A model generated the notes under the pieces. The model was not told the DNA's origin. It made no database searches and saw only the letters and a program-made list of their open reading frames with translations. A stretch of DNA of 64,000 nt from Candidatus Dojkabacteria bacterium (GTDB lineage: Bacteria; Patescibacteriota; Dojkabacteria; J137), in NCBI GenBank assembly GCA_030950485.1, contig JAUZRK010000005.1, forward strand, positions 4,449 to 68,448, in the 5' to 3' direction. Below are positions 38,511 to 49,515 of the stretch, piece after piece. The position numbers and the translations under genes are program-made. Numbering within the stretch: the stretch's first letter is position 1; every line of letters starts with the position of its first letter.

Positions 38511-41500
38511 TTAATTAGGGCTTACAGCCACTTGTTGACTCACAGCTGATCTTATCCTACTTCCATCTGAAGTAGTAGCTTCTACATAAAATGAATACGA
38601 TTTGCTCTCGTTAGGAATGTTACCTCCCCATGATAATTCAAAACCACCAACAACTGGATTCATAGTTCCTACTAGTTCAGTTGTAGAACTATTAACTAGC
38701 TGATATAACTGAACATTACTTATACTTCCATTACCAGTGTAATTAATACTAATACCTTTAACTATCCCATTTCCAATGTCACTTCCAAATTGAAGATTTG
38801 ATTGGGGGAATGTAACAAAACCTATATTTTGACTTTCCACATCTCCAACTACAACTGAAACACTGTGAGTATATTCTTCTCCATTAGATAAAGTAGCGAT
38901 AGCAGTAACTCGATAAATGCCATCTGTAATGCCCAAAGAGTTTATATTATAAGATTCATTAATTTTTTGGAAATTTTCATCTACTTTTCCTAGGTATCTA
39001 TCACCTAAGTAAAATTCAACTTCATCTAATAAACCGCTAAGTAAAGTCACATCACCTCTAATACTTAAGCTATTATCTATTCTTTGTCCCTCTCTTGGTG
39101 TACTAAATGAGAAGAAAGGAGTCGATATACCATTAGATCTCTCAATATTACATTCTTCAGTTGGCTTTCCATTTGATATCCCTTTATTTTTAAGATATTT
39201 ATCTAAGTAACCTTGCCATCTTTCAACAGGCATTTTGTACTTTTTAAATGTCTTTTCTATAGAATTACCTGTTTCAATATCCACTTCTCTTGCTAATTTA
39301 TCTTCTTGATCCTTACAAACCTTAGCTACCTCAGTAGTAATATAACTTGGTGGTGTTTTTCCTTGAATCATCCAATCCGATTGTAATCCAACACAGTCAT
39401 CTTCATTACACCCTCCTGCCTTAACTAAAAGAGCTGGAAGTTTAAATGTAGGATCCTTACCTTCATAGTAAGGCTGAGAAGAGATATCCCTAATGTATGA
39501 AGATAACCAAGGTTGAACTACATAGTAAGGATAACCATAAGTTTGATCTAAAGGATCATTATTATTGTTACCTGCCCAAGCTAATGTTACTTGATTACTG
39601 TTCCAAGCTAATTGTGTTGATTCAGTATTGTTTTCTGTAGTTCCAGTTTTAGAAGCTAGAAACACACCAGATTGAGCTGCAATACTTTGTAAATCGTATA
39701 AAACATCATTTATCATATAAACAGCCTGTGGACTAAATACTTCTTGTTCTTCAACAGTCGCATCATATATTACATTTCCATCAGCGTCTAAAATTCTTAA
39801 AATAGGATTCAAAGGTACATATTTACCCTCATTAGCATAAGCACCAAAAGCGGCAACGTGTTCAGTATATTTAACAGATGCTCCACCTAATATAACAGAA
39901 GGTCCAATCTGAGCCCGATCTATAGTTGTATAACCCATTTTCACTGCTTGATTATAATAATTATCAATACCTACGAGTTCTACAACTTCTAATGCAGTAA
40001 TATTTCTCGACTCTCTAAGTGCAGTTCTTACTGTTAACTCGTGTCCTAAATAAGAGCTATCCCAGTTTTTTGGATAATAAAATAATTCTGGATATTCAAT
40101 AGGAATATCCGGGATATTACTTCCTCCAAATAGAAGGCCTTTTTCAAAAGCTAGAGTATATCCTAGAACTTTTGCTGTAGATCCTGGCTCATTTAAAGAT
40201 GTTAATACATTTACTTGTGGATCATACTTACATTCTAATCCATATTCATTACAACCAGTACTTTCTCCAGAGTATGATTTAGATCCAGCCATAGTTATTA
40301 TTTGTCCATTATTAGGGTCTATAGTCATTAATGCCGCATTATTTACATTCCAATAACTATATTCATCACCAGCTTGAGCAACATATTGTTCAGCAATTTC
40401 TTGCTGTTTGTAATCTAGAGTAGTTATAATTTGATAACCTCCTTGCTGAAGTTCTGGCAATGTAAATGGTTCTTCTCCATTTTTATAGTTATTTGTTAAT
40501 AGTGCCTCAACTACATAATCTACGAAGTGTCCAGCTAATTTATCAGTAGCGATTGGTGGAGCATATACAATATTCTCAGTCTCAACTCTAGCTTCTCTAA
40601 CCATATCTTTCGTAAAGATATCATCGGCATTCTTATCATCTATATTTTCTCTATATTTATCATTAATATAGTCTAAATTATCCTCTATTTCGTCTAAGAT
40701 ATACCCTTGTCTTTCTTTTACTGCTGCTTGTGAAGCAACGATATCTCCATCAACTGGTTGTGTAGGAGAGAGATAAGATGGGTCCTGAATAATAGACGCT
40801 AGAATAGTAGCTTGTACCAAACTTAAATCTTTTGGATCTACACCGAAATAAAATTCAGATGCTGTTTGTAAACCTACAATATTAGAACCAAATGGAACAA
40901 CAGAAAGATACATTTGTAGGATTTCATCTTTACTTCTTTCATCTTCAATTAAAGAAGCCATGATCCATTCTTTTATTTTTCTTTCATACTTATTCTGTTC
41001 ATCACTAAATATAGTAATCTTTAAGAATTGTTGTGTAATAGTACTAGCACCACAGCCAGAACCACCACTACTTAAATTTTTATAACCACAATAAAAGATT
41101 CCTTTTACATCCACACCATCATGATCATAGAATTCTCTATCTTCAGCAGCTAAAAATGCCCATCTAACAGTATGAGGTATTCCGTCAATTTCAATTTTAT
41201 CGCTATTAAATTCATTAAATAGTTTATAAAGCTCTGTTCCCTTATGAACATTATCAAATGAAGCTCTATCATATATTTTACTTGCAACAGGCACGTCTTT
41301 AAATGGTTCATCTGGAGAAGGTAATTCATCAGATAGATCTTGGATCCATCTAAATAAAACAACACCTCCAACTACGCCAGCTACAAACATAAATCCTAAA
41401 AACACTAAACCTACCTTAGCCAATACTTTAAAAATCTTCTTTCTTTTCTTGTTTGTAAAAAAGTTTTTTCCTGTAGATCTAGAAATACCTTTCAACTTCT

Positions 41501-41609
41501 TTTTATTTTTCTCTATAGTCTGAGTTCTAGATTTATAAGAACTTTTTCTTTTTCGAGTTTTAAATTTTATATTATTTCTTGCCATACTTATATTTTGGTA
41601 AACATACAA
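38511..41609 (-). CDS. Class A penicillin-binding protein (transglycosylase + transpeptidase) with long C-terminal extension
   Basis: GT51 'FYDHDGVD…GASTITQQ'; transpeptidase 'EPGSTAKV' (SxxK) and 'ASKTGTT' (KTG); basic N-terminus followed by a TM. The real start is probably the ATG at about 41585 ('MARNN'). Confidence 0.85.
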   Translation of the reverse strand: MYVYQNISMARNNIKFKTRKRKSSYKSRTQTIEKNKKKLKGISRSTGKNFFTNKKRKKIFKVLAKVGLVFLGFMFVAGVVGGVVLFRWIQDLSDELPSPDEPFKDVPVASKIYDRASFDNVHKGTELYKLFNEFNSDKIEIDGIPHTVRWAFLAAEDREFYDHDGVDVKGIFYCGYKNLSSGGSGCGASTITQQFLKITIFSDEQNKYERKIKEWIMASLIEDERSKDEILQMYLSVVPFGSNIVGLQTASEFYFGVDPKDLSLVQATILASIIQDPSYLSPTQPVDGDIVASQAAVKERQGYILDEIEDNLDYINDKYRENIDDKNADDIFTKDMVREARVETENIVYAPPIATDKLAGHFVDYVVEALLTNNYKNGEEPFTLPELQQGGYQIITTLDYKQQEIAEQYVAQAGDEYSYWNVNNAALMTIDPNNGQIITMAGSKSYSGESTGCNEYGLECKYDPQVNVLTSLNEPGSTAKVLGYTLAFEKGLLFGGSNIPDIPIEYPELFYYPKNWDSSYLGHELTVRTALRESRNITALEVVELVGIDNYYNQAVKMGYTTIDRAQIGPSVILGGASVKYTEHVAAFGAYANEGKYVPLNPILRILDADGNVIYDATVEEQEVFSPQAVYMINDVLYDLQSIAAQSGVFLASKTGTTENNTESTQLAWNSNQVTLAWAGNNNNDPLDQTYGYPYYVVQPWLSSYIRDISSQPYYEGKDPTFKLPALLVKAGGCNEDDCVGLQSDWMIQGKTPPSYITTEVAKVCKDQEDKLAREVDIETGNSIEKTFKKYKMPVERWQGYLDKYLKNKGISNGKPTEECNIERSNGISTPFFSFSTPREGQRIDNSLSIRGDVTLLSGLLDEVEFYLGDRYLGKVDENFQKINESYNINSLGITDGIYRVTAIATLSNGEEYTHSVSVVVGDVESQNIGFVTFPQSNLQFGSDIGNGIVKGISINYTGNGSISNVQLYQLVNSSTTELVGTMNPVVGGFELSWGGNIPNESKSYSFYVEATTSDGSRIRSAVSQQVAVSPN

Positions 41610-41635
41610 TTATATCAGAATGAGTTAATAAATTT

Positions 41636-42211
41636 TTATTTAGATTCTTTCTTTTTGTAAAAAATTAATGTATTTTTACCTATCTTTCTAGTATCTAAGA
41701 TAGCTAACTTTTCTAAGGTTCCATAATCATTTTTCCCAGTCTCAACTTTTAATATTAATATAGTTTTGGTATCCATTAATTCGGATAAAACGTCATATTT
41801 AATTCTATTTATGTTTTTAAATGGGGGATCAATAAATATTAAGTCAAATCTTTCTTTATTTTGAATAGAAGCATTTAAAAACGCATTGTAATCCAATTTG
41901 ATCACATTAAATCTCTCAACTTCTATTTCTAGCTTATTAATATTTTCTTTTATTACCTTTATTGCATCAGATGACTTATCAACGAATGTAACTTTTTTTG
42001 CACCGTTACTTAGGGCCTCAATACCTATAGATCCGCTCCCAGCAAATAGGTCTAAACATTCTAAATATGTAATATCTACTAAAATATCAAACATTGTTTT
42101 TTTGACCCTATCTGTTATAGGTCTAGTAATATCAACGGCAACATCTAAGCGAGTACCCTTAAATTCACCACTTATAATCCTAGGTTTTATTATTAAATCT
42201 TGCCTACTCAC
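41636..42211 (-). CDS. rsmD: 16S rRNA m2G966 methyltransferase RsmD-like
   Basis: 'LDLFAGSGSIGIEALSNGAKKVTFVDKS' and 'FDLIFIDPPF'. Confidence 0.75.
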   Translation of the reverse strand: MSRQDLIIKPRIISGEFKGTRLDVAVDITRPITDRVKKTMFDILVDITYLECLDLFAGSGSIGIEALSNGAKKVTFVDKSSDAIKVIKENINKLEIEVERFNVIKLDYNAFLNASIQNKERFDLIFIDPPFKNINRIKYDVLSELMDTKTILILKVETGKNDYGTLEKLAILDTRKIGKNTLIFYKKKESK

Positions 42212-42659
42212 TTAGTCTAATATAATAAACAGAAATTCCTAAAGTAGTGGCAACATTTAATGAGTTCTTTTTACCATGCATTGGTAGCTCTAATGAGCAA
42301 TCTGATTTTTCAATAACTTCATTACTAACGCCAGTTATTTCATTACCAACTATAAATACAATTTTATCTCCAAACTCATGACCTTTAAAATTCTTAGAAT
42401 TATTCGTTTGTTCTATTGATATTATTTCAAAACCAGCTTCTTTATATTTATCAATTGAATCATTCAGTTTGTCTACATGTTCAAAATCTATATAATTTTC
42501 TGCACCGAGTGCTGTTTTTAAAACTTTTTGATGTGGAGGATAGGGAGTAATTCCAGATAGATATATCTTTTTTACATTAGCTCCATCACATGTTCTAAAT
42601 ATAGCTCCTACGTTTAAAGCAGATCTAACATTATCTAACATTATGATTATCTCTTTCAT
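42204..42659 (-). CDS. Small SpoU-family (TrmL-like) RNA 2'-O-methyltransferase
   Basis: 'ALNVGAIFRTCDGANV', 'IVFIVGNEITGVS', 'ELPMHGKKNSLNVATTLGI'. About 150 aa. Confidence 0.65.
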   Translation of the reverse strand: MKEIIIMLDNVRSALNVGAIFRTCDGANVKKIYLSGITPYPPHQKVLKTALGAENYIDFEHVDKLNDSIDKYKEAGFEIISIEQTNNSKNFKGHEFGDKIVFIVGNEITGVSNEVIEKSDCSLELPMHGKKNSLNVATTLGISVYYIRLSE

Positions 42660-42663
42660 ACTA

Positions 42664-44673
42664 TTATTTAAATAAATTTATTCTTTTAATTTTCTTTTTA
42701 TAAAGAATAGATGCAAATGATTTAGTCTTTTTAATTAATTCTATATCATTTAGCTTAGCTATCTTTAAATCTGGAATTCCAGATTGTTTAGTACCGTATA
42801 CTTCACCAGGACCTCTTTTTTCTAAATCAAAATTTGCAACATCTAAACCATCATTATTATTTGCAATAAAACTCAATCTTTCTAATGAATGTTCATTTAT
42901 ATTACTATCTGCAAAAAGAAAACAATAACTCTGGGTATCATTTCTACCAACCCTACCTCTTATCTGATGAAGTTGAGCTAATCCAAATCTTTCTGCATTT
43001 TCGATAATCATTATTGTAGCATTAGCCACATCAATACCTACCTCTATGACTGATGTTGAAACTAGAATATCATATTTCTTATCCGCATAATCATTCATAA
43101 TAGCTTCTTTCTCGATATCCTTCATTTTCCCATATAATAAACCAATACTTAGATCTGGATACATATCTACAAGTTGCTCATAAAGAGCTTTAGCAGACTT
43201 TACTTGTAAAGACGCAGAATCTTCAATTAAGGGACAAATCCAATAAACCTGAACTCCCTCTGATTTAATTTTTTCTTCAACCCACTTATAGGAATCATTT
43301 CTTTTTGATTCAGGTACTACAAAAGTCTTTATTGGCATTCGTCCTTTTGGTTTAGTTTTAATTGTGTGCAATTTTATATCACTAAAAAAAGTTTCAGCAA
43401 TAGTTCTTGGAATTGGGGTAGCAGTCATATTTATAAAGTGGGGATACCTATTATCTTCAATTTGTTCATCAATAGCACTTAACAATTCACTTCTTTGATG
43501 TACTCCAAATCTATGCTGTTCATCTACAATAACCGCACCTAGTTTATTAAAAACTCTTTTCTTTCTAGATAAAAGAGCAGTAGTACCAATTATAATATTT
43601 GATTCATTACTATGCTTTGTATTAGATGAAGTTACTAAACTTACCTCTATATTAGTGTATTCTTTAAATATATTAGAAAGGTTTTCATAATGTTGTGCAG
43701 CTAGAATTGTAGTTGGTGCTAATATAGCTGTTTGATATCCTGATTTTGCAACAATGAAAGCAATGAACATAGCAATTAAAGTCTTACCACTTCCAACGTC
43801 TCCTTGAACCAAGTCATTCAGTAAGACTCCATCTTTCAAAGATTTAAATATATTTTTTATTATTTCGGTTTGATCTTTAGTTGGAGTAAAAGGAAATAGA
43901 GACATGAATTCATTTAAATATGATTCATCTAATTTCAATTCTACAGGCATTCTAATATTACTGCTTTTATTATTTAATATCCTAAGGTGTATGTCTGTAA
44001 GTTCTAAAGCTGATAGTGTTTTCACAGATTCATCAAGCTCATTAAATCCAACAGGAAAATGGAGTTTATGAATCAAGCTTACAAGATCTATATTCGAATA
44101 TTCTTCAGATACAAGTTCAAGTTCATTTATAATCTCGAAAGAATAATTATCAAACAATTCTTTCACTCTATTACGAAGCCATTTCTTTGAAACACCTGCT
44201 GTAAGTCTGTACTCAGGAGCTATTCTTGCTAAATGAGTACTTTCTGAATCACCTTTAATTTCCTCAAAGTCCCTAACATTTAACTGAAACTTTCTGCCTA
44301 TTAGCTTTATTTTTCCTGTTATATAAAATTCCTTACCTGGTTTTAAGATATTTTCTAAAAAGTCCTGGTTAAACCAACTACATTCAATTTCACCAGTTTC
44401 ATCAAAAGCAGTAGCTTTTTGTAAAGATCTATTGCCTTTAATTCTAATATTTTTAAAATTACTTATAATTAATCTGAAGGTATATTGTTCTTCTAAATTT
44501 AGAAATGCTGATACGTCATTTACTTTAGAAATATCACTAGTATCTGTATATGAACGTGGAAAGTATGTTAATATATCTTTAACTGTAAAGATGCCTAATT
44601 TATAGAGCTTTTTTCTATAGGCATCACTTATGTATTTAAGCCTAGTTACTTCATCCTCAAGATTTATCTCCAC
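42664..44673 (-). CDS. recG: ATP-dependent DNA helicase RecG
   Basis: 'GDVGSGKTLIAMFIAFIVAKSGYQTAILAPTTILAAQHY', 'VIVDEQHRFGVHQR', 'QLHQIRGRVGR'; N-terminal wedge/OB region. Confidence 0.85.
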   Translation of the reverse strand: MEINLEDEVTRLKYISDAYRKKLYKLGIFTVKDILTYFPRSYTDTSDISKVNDVSAFLNLEEQYTFRLIISNFKNIRIKGNRSLQKATAFDETGEIECSWFNQDFLENILKPGKEFYITGKIKLIGRKFQLNVRDFEEIKGDSESTHLARIAPEYRLTAGVSKKWLRNRVKELFDNYSFEIINELELVSEEYSNIDLVSLIHKLHFPVGFNELDESVKTLSALELTDIHLRILNNKSSNIRMPVELKLDESYLNEFMSLFPFTPTKDQTEIIKNIFKSLKDGVLLNDLVQGDVGSGKTLIAMFIAFIVAKSGYQTAILAPTTILAAQHYENLSNIFKEYTNIEVSLVTSSNTKHSNESNIIIGTTALLSRKKRVFNKLGAVIVDEQHRFGVHQRSELLSAIDEQIEDNRYPHFINMTATPIPRTIAETFFSDIKLHTIKTKPKGRMPIKTFVVPESKRNDSYKWVEEKIKSEGVQVYWICPLIEDSASLQVKSAKALYEQLVDMYPDLSIGLLYGKMKDIEKEAIMNDYADKKYDILVSTSVIEVGIDVANATIMIIENAERFGLAQLHQIRGRVGRNDTQSYCFLFADSNINEHSLERLSFIANNNDGLDVANFDLEKRGPGEVYGTKQSGIPDLKIAKLNDIELIKKTKSFASILYKKKIKRINLFK

Positions 44674-44862
44674 GATTTAGTTTGTTGATAATAACAAGAG
44701 TAAAGGAGAAACTAGTAAACTAAGAGCCATCAAGGCGCTTAATACCAGAATAACTGTCCTTTTAAACTTTTTCTTTGTTAGAATTTTTATATATTTCATA
44801 AGAAAATAATATCATATTGTCATTGATTGATGAAGAGGACGTAAATTTACATTTTAGATATG

Positions 44863-46476
44863 TTAGCTACAATCACCCCAAGCAACTACTATAAATTCAT
44901 CATCTTCATATTTCTTGCATATTTCTTTACCAGATAGACTATCGATACTCTTAAGATCATGTAAATCAAAGACTTTTTCTACAATAAAGTAACCTTTTGT
45001 GTGTCTTTCTACTGCATAAATATTATTTAAACTTAGCTCATTAACTTCAAAGTAAAAATAATACATATTATTATTATTAAACTGTACGAATTTACCAAAT
45101 TCTTCATCCTGAGAATAAAGCCATAAGATTATATGTTCATTCGGAGTTATTATAGCTGTATCCTGATCAATTGTTATTGGTAGATCTAGTAGAACAGTAT
45201 AATCTTTCAACAGAGCAGTATGGTATTTTTTCTGTCTAGTCACATTCTCTCTTATATTAAGGTCACCAACAAAATAAAAACCACCAAAAATTAAAATTAT
45301 GAAACAGCTGTAGAATAAAGAATAGATTAAATTATAGGCTTTGGTACTCTTAATAAATTTATACAACCATAACCTAATTATACTAAATAGCTCATTTAAA
45401 CCTATTGCTATTAGTAATATGATCCAAGGGATGATGTATATATAATATCTTTCTTCAAAGTATCTATTAAAATATAGACCATAAAATACAATGTAGGCTA
45501 TAAAAACAAAGAGTATAGACTTGATCTCTATAGACTTAGATCTTATTGAGGTTAATATCCCTATTAATACTAAAACTAAGAAAGAAAAAGTTATGAAAAA
45601 TCTCAATTCTTCCTGAATATAATTAGCAAAGATTGGTGATCCAGAAAATATATATTCAAAAAATCTTTTATTAAAGTGCGGCAAAACTGTCATACTATCT
45701 TTACCTATGAAGTTTAATCCAAAACCCATTACCGAGAATGGTATATTAATAAGCAGAAAAGAAAGTAAAAATTTTATGTAGTTATTAACATCTTTATATT
45801 TAAAAATAATGATACTTATAAAATATCCTATATAGATTACTGAAATATTCGGAAAAGTGCTGTTAAAATCAAAAAGGAAATACACTATAGGTATAAGTGT
45901 TAAAGCTATAAGCTTATTAGATACTTTTAGTTTACTAAAATTAATTGGAGTTTCAATATCAAGTTGTCTTATAAAATATAAAGACCACACAGTATTAAAT
46001 AAGAGAAAGAATGAATATTCTCTAATATAACTCCCCATTGCTATTGCTAGCGGAGAAAATAACCAAGCTACCGCTGCAGTAATTGCTGTGGCTGTATTAT
46101 ACTTTTTTAAGTAAAAGAACAATGCTATTGAAACAAAAGAGCTTACAATTGCTGTTGGCAAAATGATCCATGGTTCAAAATTCCCAAAAATATAGCCTGT
46201 TATTATTGTTGTTATAGTAACTATTGGGCCCCTTGTATATGGCTGATTATACCCGTCTCTAAATAAAGCTCCCTTCTGTCCATCTAGAACAGATTGAGCT
46301 TCTGCAATGTGGTAATACTCGTCAAATTGCATACTTTTAAAATCTACAACAATCATTCTCAGTGCTAACCCTGCAAAAAATATTGCAGTCAATAAAACAA
46401 ATAGTTTTAATTTTCCGTTCATTTTATTTATATTTAATTTATACCTTGTTATACTTTCATTATGAAAAATATACAA
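44863..46476 (-). CDS. GT-C fold glycosyltransferase (PMT/ArnT-like, GT39/83-type) polytopic membrane protein
   Basis: More than 10 TM helices. First extracytoplasmic loop carries 'FDEYYH' (a DE motif). Lies in a cluster with GT2 and GT4 genes. Confidence 0.55.
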   Translation of the reverse strand: MYIFHNESITRYKLNINKMNGKLKLFVLLTAIFFAGLALRMIVVDFKSMQFDEYYHIAEAQSVLDGQKGALFRDGYNQPYTRGPIVTITTIITGYIFGNFEPWIILPTAIVSSFVSIALFFYLKKYNTATAITAAVAWLFSPLAIAMGSYIREYSFFLLFNTVWSLYFIRQLDIETPINFSKLKVSNKLIALTLIPIVYFLFDFNSTFPNISVIYIGYFISIIIFKYKDVNNYIKFLLSFLLINIPFSVMGFGLNFIGKDSMTVLPHFNKRFFEYIFSGSPIFANYIQEELRFFITFSFLVLVLIGILTSIRSKSIEIKSILFVFIAYIVFYGLYFNRYFEERYYIYIIPWIILLIAIGLNELFSIIRLWLYKFIKSTKAYNLIYSLFYSCFIILIFGGFYFVGDLNIRENVTRQKKYHTALLKDYTVLLDLPITIDQDTAIITPNEHIILWLYSQDEEFGKFVQFNNNNMYYFYFEVNELSLNNIYAVERHTKGYFIVEKVFDLHDLKSIDSLSGKEICKKYEDDEFIVVAWGDCS

Positions 46477-47415
46477 ATATCAGTAGTAGCTCCAATTTTT
46501 AACGAAAGTAAAAATATAAATGAGCTCCATAAAAGATTAACTGACACATTAGATTCTACAAAAAAAAGCTTTGAAATTATATACGTAGAAAATAGATCCT
46601 CAGATAATAGCCTAGAAGTATTAAAGAAACTAAAAGGAGCGAGAATTCTATCGCTTAGATTACCAGAGTTTAAATATAGAACAACTCAGTCTATAGCATT
46701 AGATGCAGGAATTAAAGCCGCAAAAGGAGAGCTTATTGTTACAATTGATTCTGATCTTCAGAATCCTCCAGAAGAAATTCCAAAACTATTAAAGAAGATG
46801 GAAGATGATGATTTAGATGTTGTATCTGGTTGGAGAAAAAAAAGAAAGGACAGTTTTATAATAAGAAATTTATCAAAGCTTGGAAGTATTTTAAGAAAGA
46901 AAGTTATAAACCCAGGAGTACATGATTTAGGCTGTACATTAAAGATTTACAAGCGAGAGACATTGGAAGGAATAGATTTATACGGAGAAATGCATAGATA
47001 TTTAACAGCTTTAATAAGATGGAAAGGATTCAAAGTAGGAGAGCTTGTAATTGAACATAATGCAAGAACAGGAGGAACAAGTGCTTATAAATGGGATAAG
47101 ATGTTTAGAGGCTTTGTAGACATGTGGTTAATTTGGTTTTGGAAAAAATATGATGATAGACCACTTCACTTATTTGGAGTATTAGGCCTAGTATTAGCGC
47201 TTTTGGGTAGTTCAATGTTAGTACTTCTAGCGTTCTTAAGAATATTTGGAATTATCTCGCTTTCAGATTCTATATGGCCACTGATATCTGTATTGGCAAT
47301 AATTACAGGTACTCAGTTCTTCATATTCGGGATTATGTTAGATATAATTATTAAGAATTACTATTCAACAAGCAAAGAGAAGATTTATACTATAAAAGAA
47401 GACATTAGTGTTTAG
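46462..47415 (+). CDS. GT2 polyprenyl-phosphate glycosyltransferase (ArnC/DPM-synthase-like) with C-terminal TM helices
   Basis: 'VVAPIFNESKNI…IIYVENRSSDNS…LDAGIKAAKGELIVTIDSDLQNPPEEI' and two C-terminal TM segments. Confidence 0.8.
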   Translation: MKNIQISVVAPIFNESKNINELHKRLTDTLDSTKKSFEIIYVENRSSDNSLEVLKKLKGARILSLRLPEFKYRTTQSIALDAGIKAAKGELIVTIDSDLQNPPEEIPKLLKKMEDDDLDVVSGWRKKRKDSFIIRNLSKLGSILRKKVINPGVHDLGCTLKIYKRETLEGIDLYGEMHRYLTALIRWKGFKVGELVIEHNARTGGTSAYKWDKMFRGFVDMWLIWFWKKYDDRPLHLFGVLGLVLALLGSSMLVLLAFLRIFGIISLSDSIWPLISVLAIITGTQFFIFGIMLDIIIKNYYSTSKEKIYTIKEDISV

Positions 47416-47418
47416 ACT

Positions 47419-48570
47419 ATGAGGATTATCTTTTACAGCTATGAATACCCACCACTTGGAGGAGGAGTAGGAAATGCTACAAAAAAAATATTTACAGAAT
47501 TTTCAAAACTAGATAATTTAAAGATAGATTTTATTACTTCTTCTATAAGTGGAAAATATGAAGAAGAAAAAGTATATAAGAACATTACATTCTACAAGCT
47601 TCCCCTAGGTAAAAGAACAAAAGAAAATTATCACAAACAAAAGCCGCTCAATATGATTCTATTTTCTTGGAAAGCATATTGGAAAACGTGGAGTCTGATT
47701 TTAAAAAATAAATATTGTTTGACTCATTTTTTCGGCTTTCCTGGAGGATTGGTTTCATTACTATTTATATGGAAAATGCCATATATGGTTTCATTAAGAG
47801 GGGTAGATGTGCCTGGATATAATCCTAGATTTAAATATTTTTACATTTTCTACAAGCCTTTAAGCTGGGTTATTTGGAAATTAGCTAAATATGTAGTCCC
47901 TAATAGTAAAGGGCTACAAAAACTAGCCTACAAGACCTCAAAAACAGTAAATTACAAAGTTATTTACAATGGAATTGATACTGAACAATTTAAACCTGTT
48001 GAAGAAGACAAAAAATTCCCTGTATTTACTGTTACTCAGGGAGGTACATTGTTTGGAAGGAAAAAGGGTTTAGAATACTTAATACAAGGATTTGCATACT
48101 TCACAAAAAAGTATTCAAATACAAAATTACTAATGATTGCTAGTGGAGATCTTGAGATAGAGTATAAACAATTAGTAAAAGATTTAAACATTGAAGATAA
48201 AGTAGAGTTTGTTGGTTTTAAAGAAAATAATTGGATTGCTGAAAATCTTCCTAAATGTCATGTATTCTGCCTTCCTTCACTTAATGAAGGTATGTCCAAT
48301 GCAGCTTTAGAGGCTCTTGCTTCTGGGCTTCCTCTTATACTTACAGATACAGGTGGGACTGAGGAATTACTAAAATATAAAAATGGACTAGTGGTAGATA
48401 AAAAAAATCCCAAATCAATTTCAAATGCTCTTGAGAAAATATATTTAGATAAAGAACTTAGACTCAAGATGAATGAGCAAAGCAGAAGACGAGCTAATGA
48501 GATGAGCTGGAAGGCAGTTGCTGAGGAATACTTGAATCTTTATCAGTCCATAGCTTATCCCTCTCAGTAG
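47419..48570 (+). CDS. GT4 (GT-B fold) glycosyltransferase
   Basis: 'LPSLNEGMSNAALEALASGLPLILTDTGGTEEL' (the E-x7-E region). Confidence 0.8.
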   Translation: MRIIFYSYEYPPLGGGVGNATKKIFTEFSKLDNLKIDFITSSISGKYEEEKVYKNITFYKLPLGKRTKENYHKQKPLNMILFSWKAYWKTWSLILKNKYCLTHFFGFPGGLVSLLFIWKMPYMVSLRGVDVPGYNPRFKYFYIFYKPLSWVIWKLAKYVVPNSKGLQKLAYKTSKTVNYKVIYNGIDTEQFKPVEEDKKFPVFTVTQGGTLFGRKKGLEYLIQGFAYFTKKYSNTKLLMIASGDLEIEYKQLVKDLNIEDKVEFVGFKENNWIAENLPKCHVFCLPSLNEGMSNAALEALASGLPLILTDTGGTEELLKYKNGLVVDKKNPKSISNALEKIYLDKELRLKMNEQSRRRANEMSWKAVAEEYLNLYQSIAYPSQ

Positions 48571-49456
48571 TTAGATATACAATTCCTCCTATTGCTCCAT
48601 TTATAGCATTAGCAAAAAAATTAGTAGGTCCAAGTAAATATAAATTACTTGATTTTGTAGCACCTTCAAATAAATTTACATATAAGTAATCTCTAATGCC
48701 TAAGCCATTGAAACTAAGAGGTATTATTAAGAATAGATTAGTTATAGGAATAATTGCTAAGAAATACAGTAATGAAATATCTAATCCTATCGATTTTGCC
48801 AGAAAGAAATTAAATAGTATTACATTAATCTGTAGTACTAGTGCCCATAAGAGAGAATTAAAATAAGCTAATTTAGATATGTTAGCTACATAATCATGAA
48901 CCTCATTTATTTTTTTCACTCTTTTATACTTATTAATTATTCCAAGCACCTTGTCAGTAGTAACAGATATCCAAATCCCGATAGTAAAACAAATAAAAAA
49001 TCCTAGATATAAATATATGTAGTTAGGAAATTTAACATTCTCTAGCAGAGCAATTAAAATCATTCCTAAAAGACCATAAACTAATAAGACACTTAGTCCT
49101 AAGAATCTATCTATAAATATAATTGCAGATGCTTCAGAGTAGTTTTTAAGCTTTGGTCTTATAAATCTTGCACGAAATACATCCCCGCCAAAATTAGTAG
49201 GTAGAAAGATTGAAAAAAAACTTCCAATCAAATTTACTTTTATCAGACTAATTAGAGATGTGTCCTTCCCTAATAATGATCTAAGTCTTAATGCAGCAAA
49301 GAAATTGTTAGAAATTGTAATTAAAAGTGCCAATAAAAAGAAAAATAAGCTTTCAAAAGTAAGCTCTATTTTAATTTCTTTATAATCTATTTCTGAAAAG
49401 ATATAACCTAGAAGAGCAAAGCTAAACAAGATTTTAAAAATTATTTTTCTATTCAT
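48494..49456 (-). CDS. Flippase-like membrane protein (UPF0104 / LPG-synthase-TM-like)
   Basis: Polytopic, about 320 aa, co-located with the GT2. Family assignment is from overall architecture only. Confidence 0.4.
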   Translation of the reverse strand: MNRKIIFKILFSFALLGYIFSEIDYKEIKIELTFESLFFFLLALLITISNNFFAALRLRSLLGKDTSLISLIKVNLIGSFFSIFLPTNFGGDVFRARFIRPKLKNYSEASAIIFIDRFLGLSVLLVYGLLGMILIALLENVKFPNYIYLYLGFFICFTIGIWISVTTDKVLGIINKYKRVKKINEVHDYVANISKLAYFNSLLWALVLQINVILFNFFLAKSIGLDISLLYFLAIIPITNLFLIIPLSFNGLGIRDYLYVNLFEGATKSSNLYLLGPTNFFANAINGAIGGIVYLTTERDKLWTDKDSSIPQQLPSSSSH

Positions 49457-49515
49457 ATTCCAATTATAACTTCTTTTATTTTATTTTGTTATTATAACTA
49501 GATACTACAATTTTA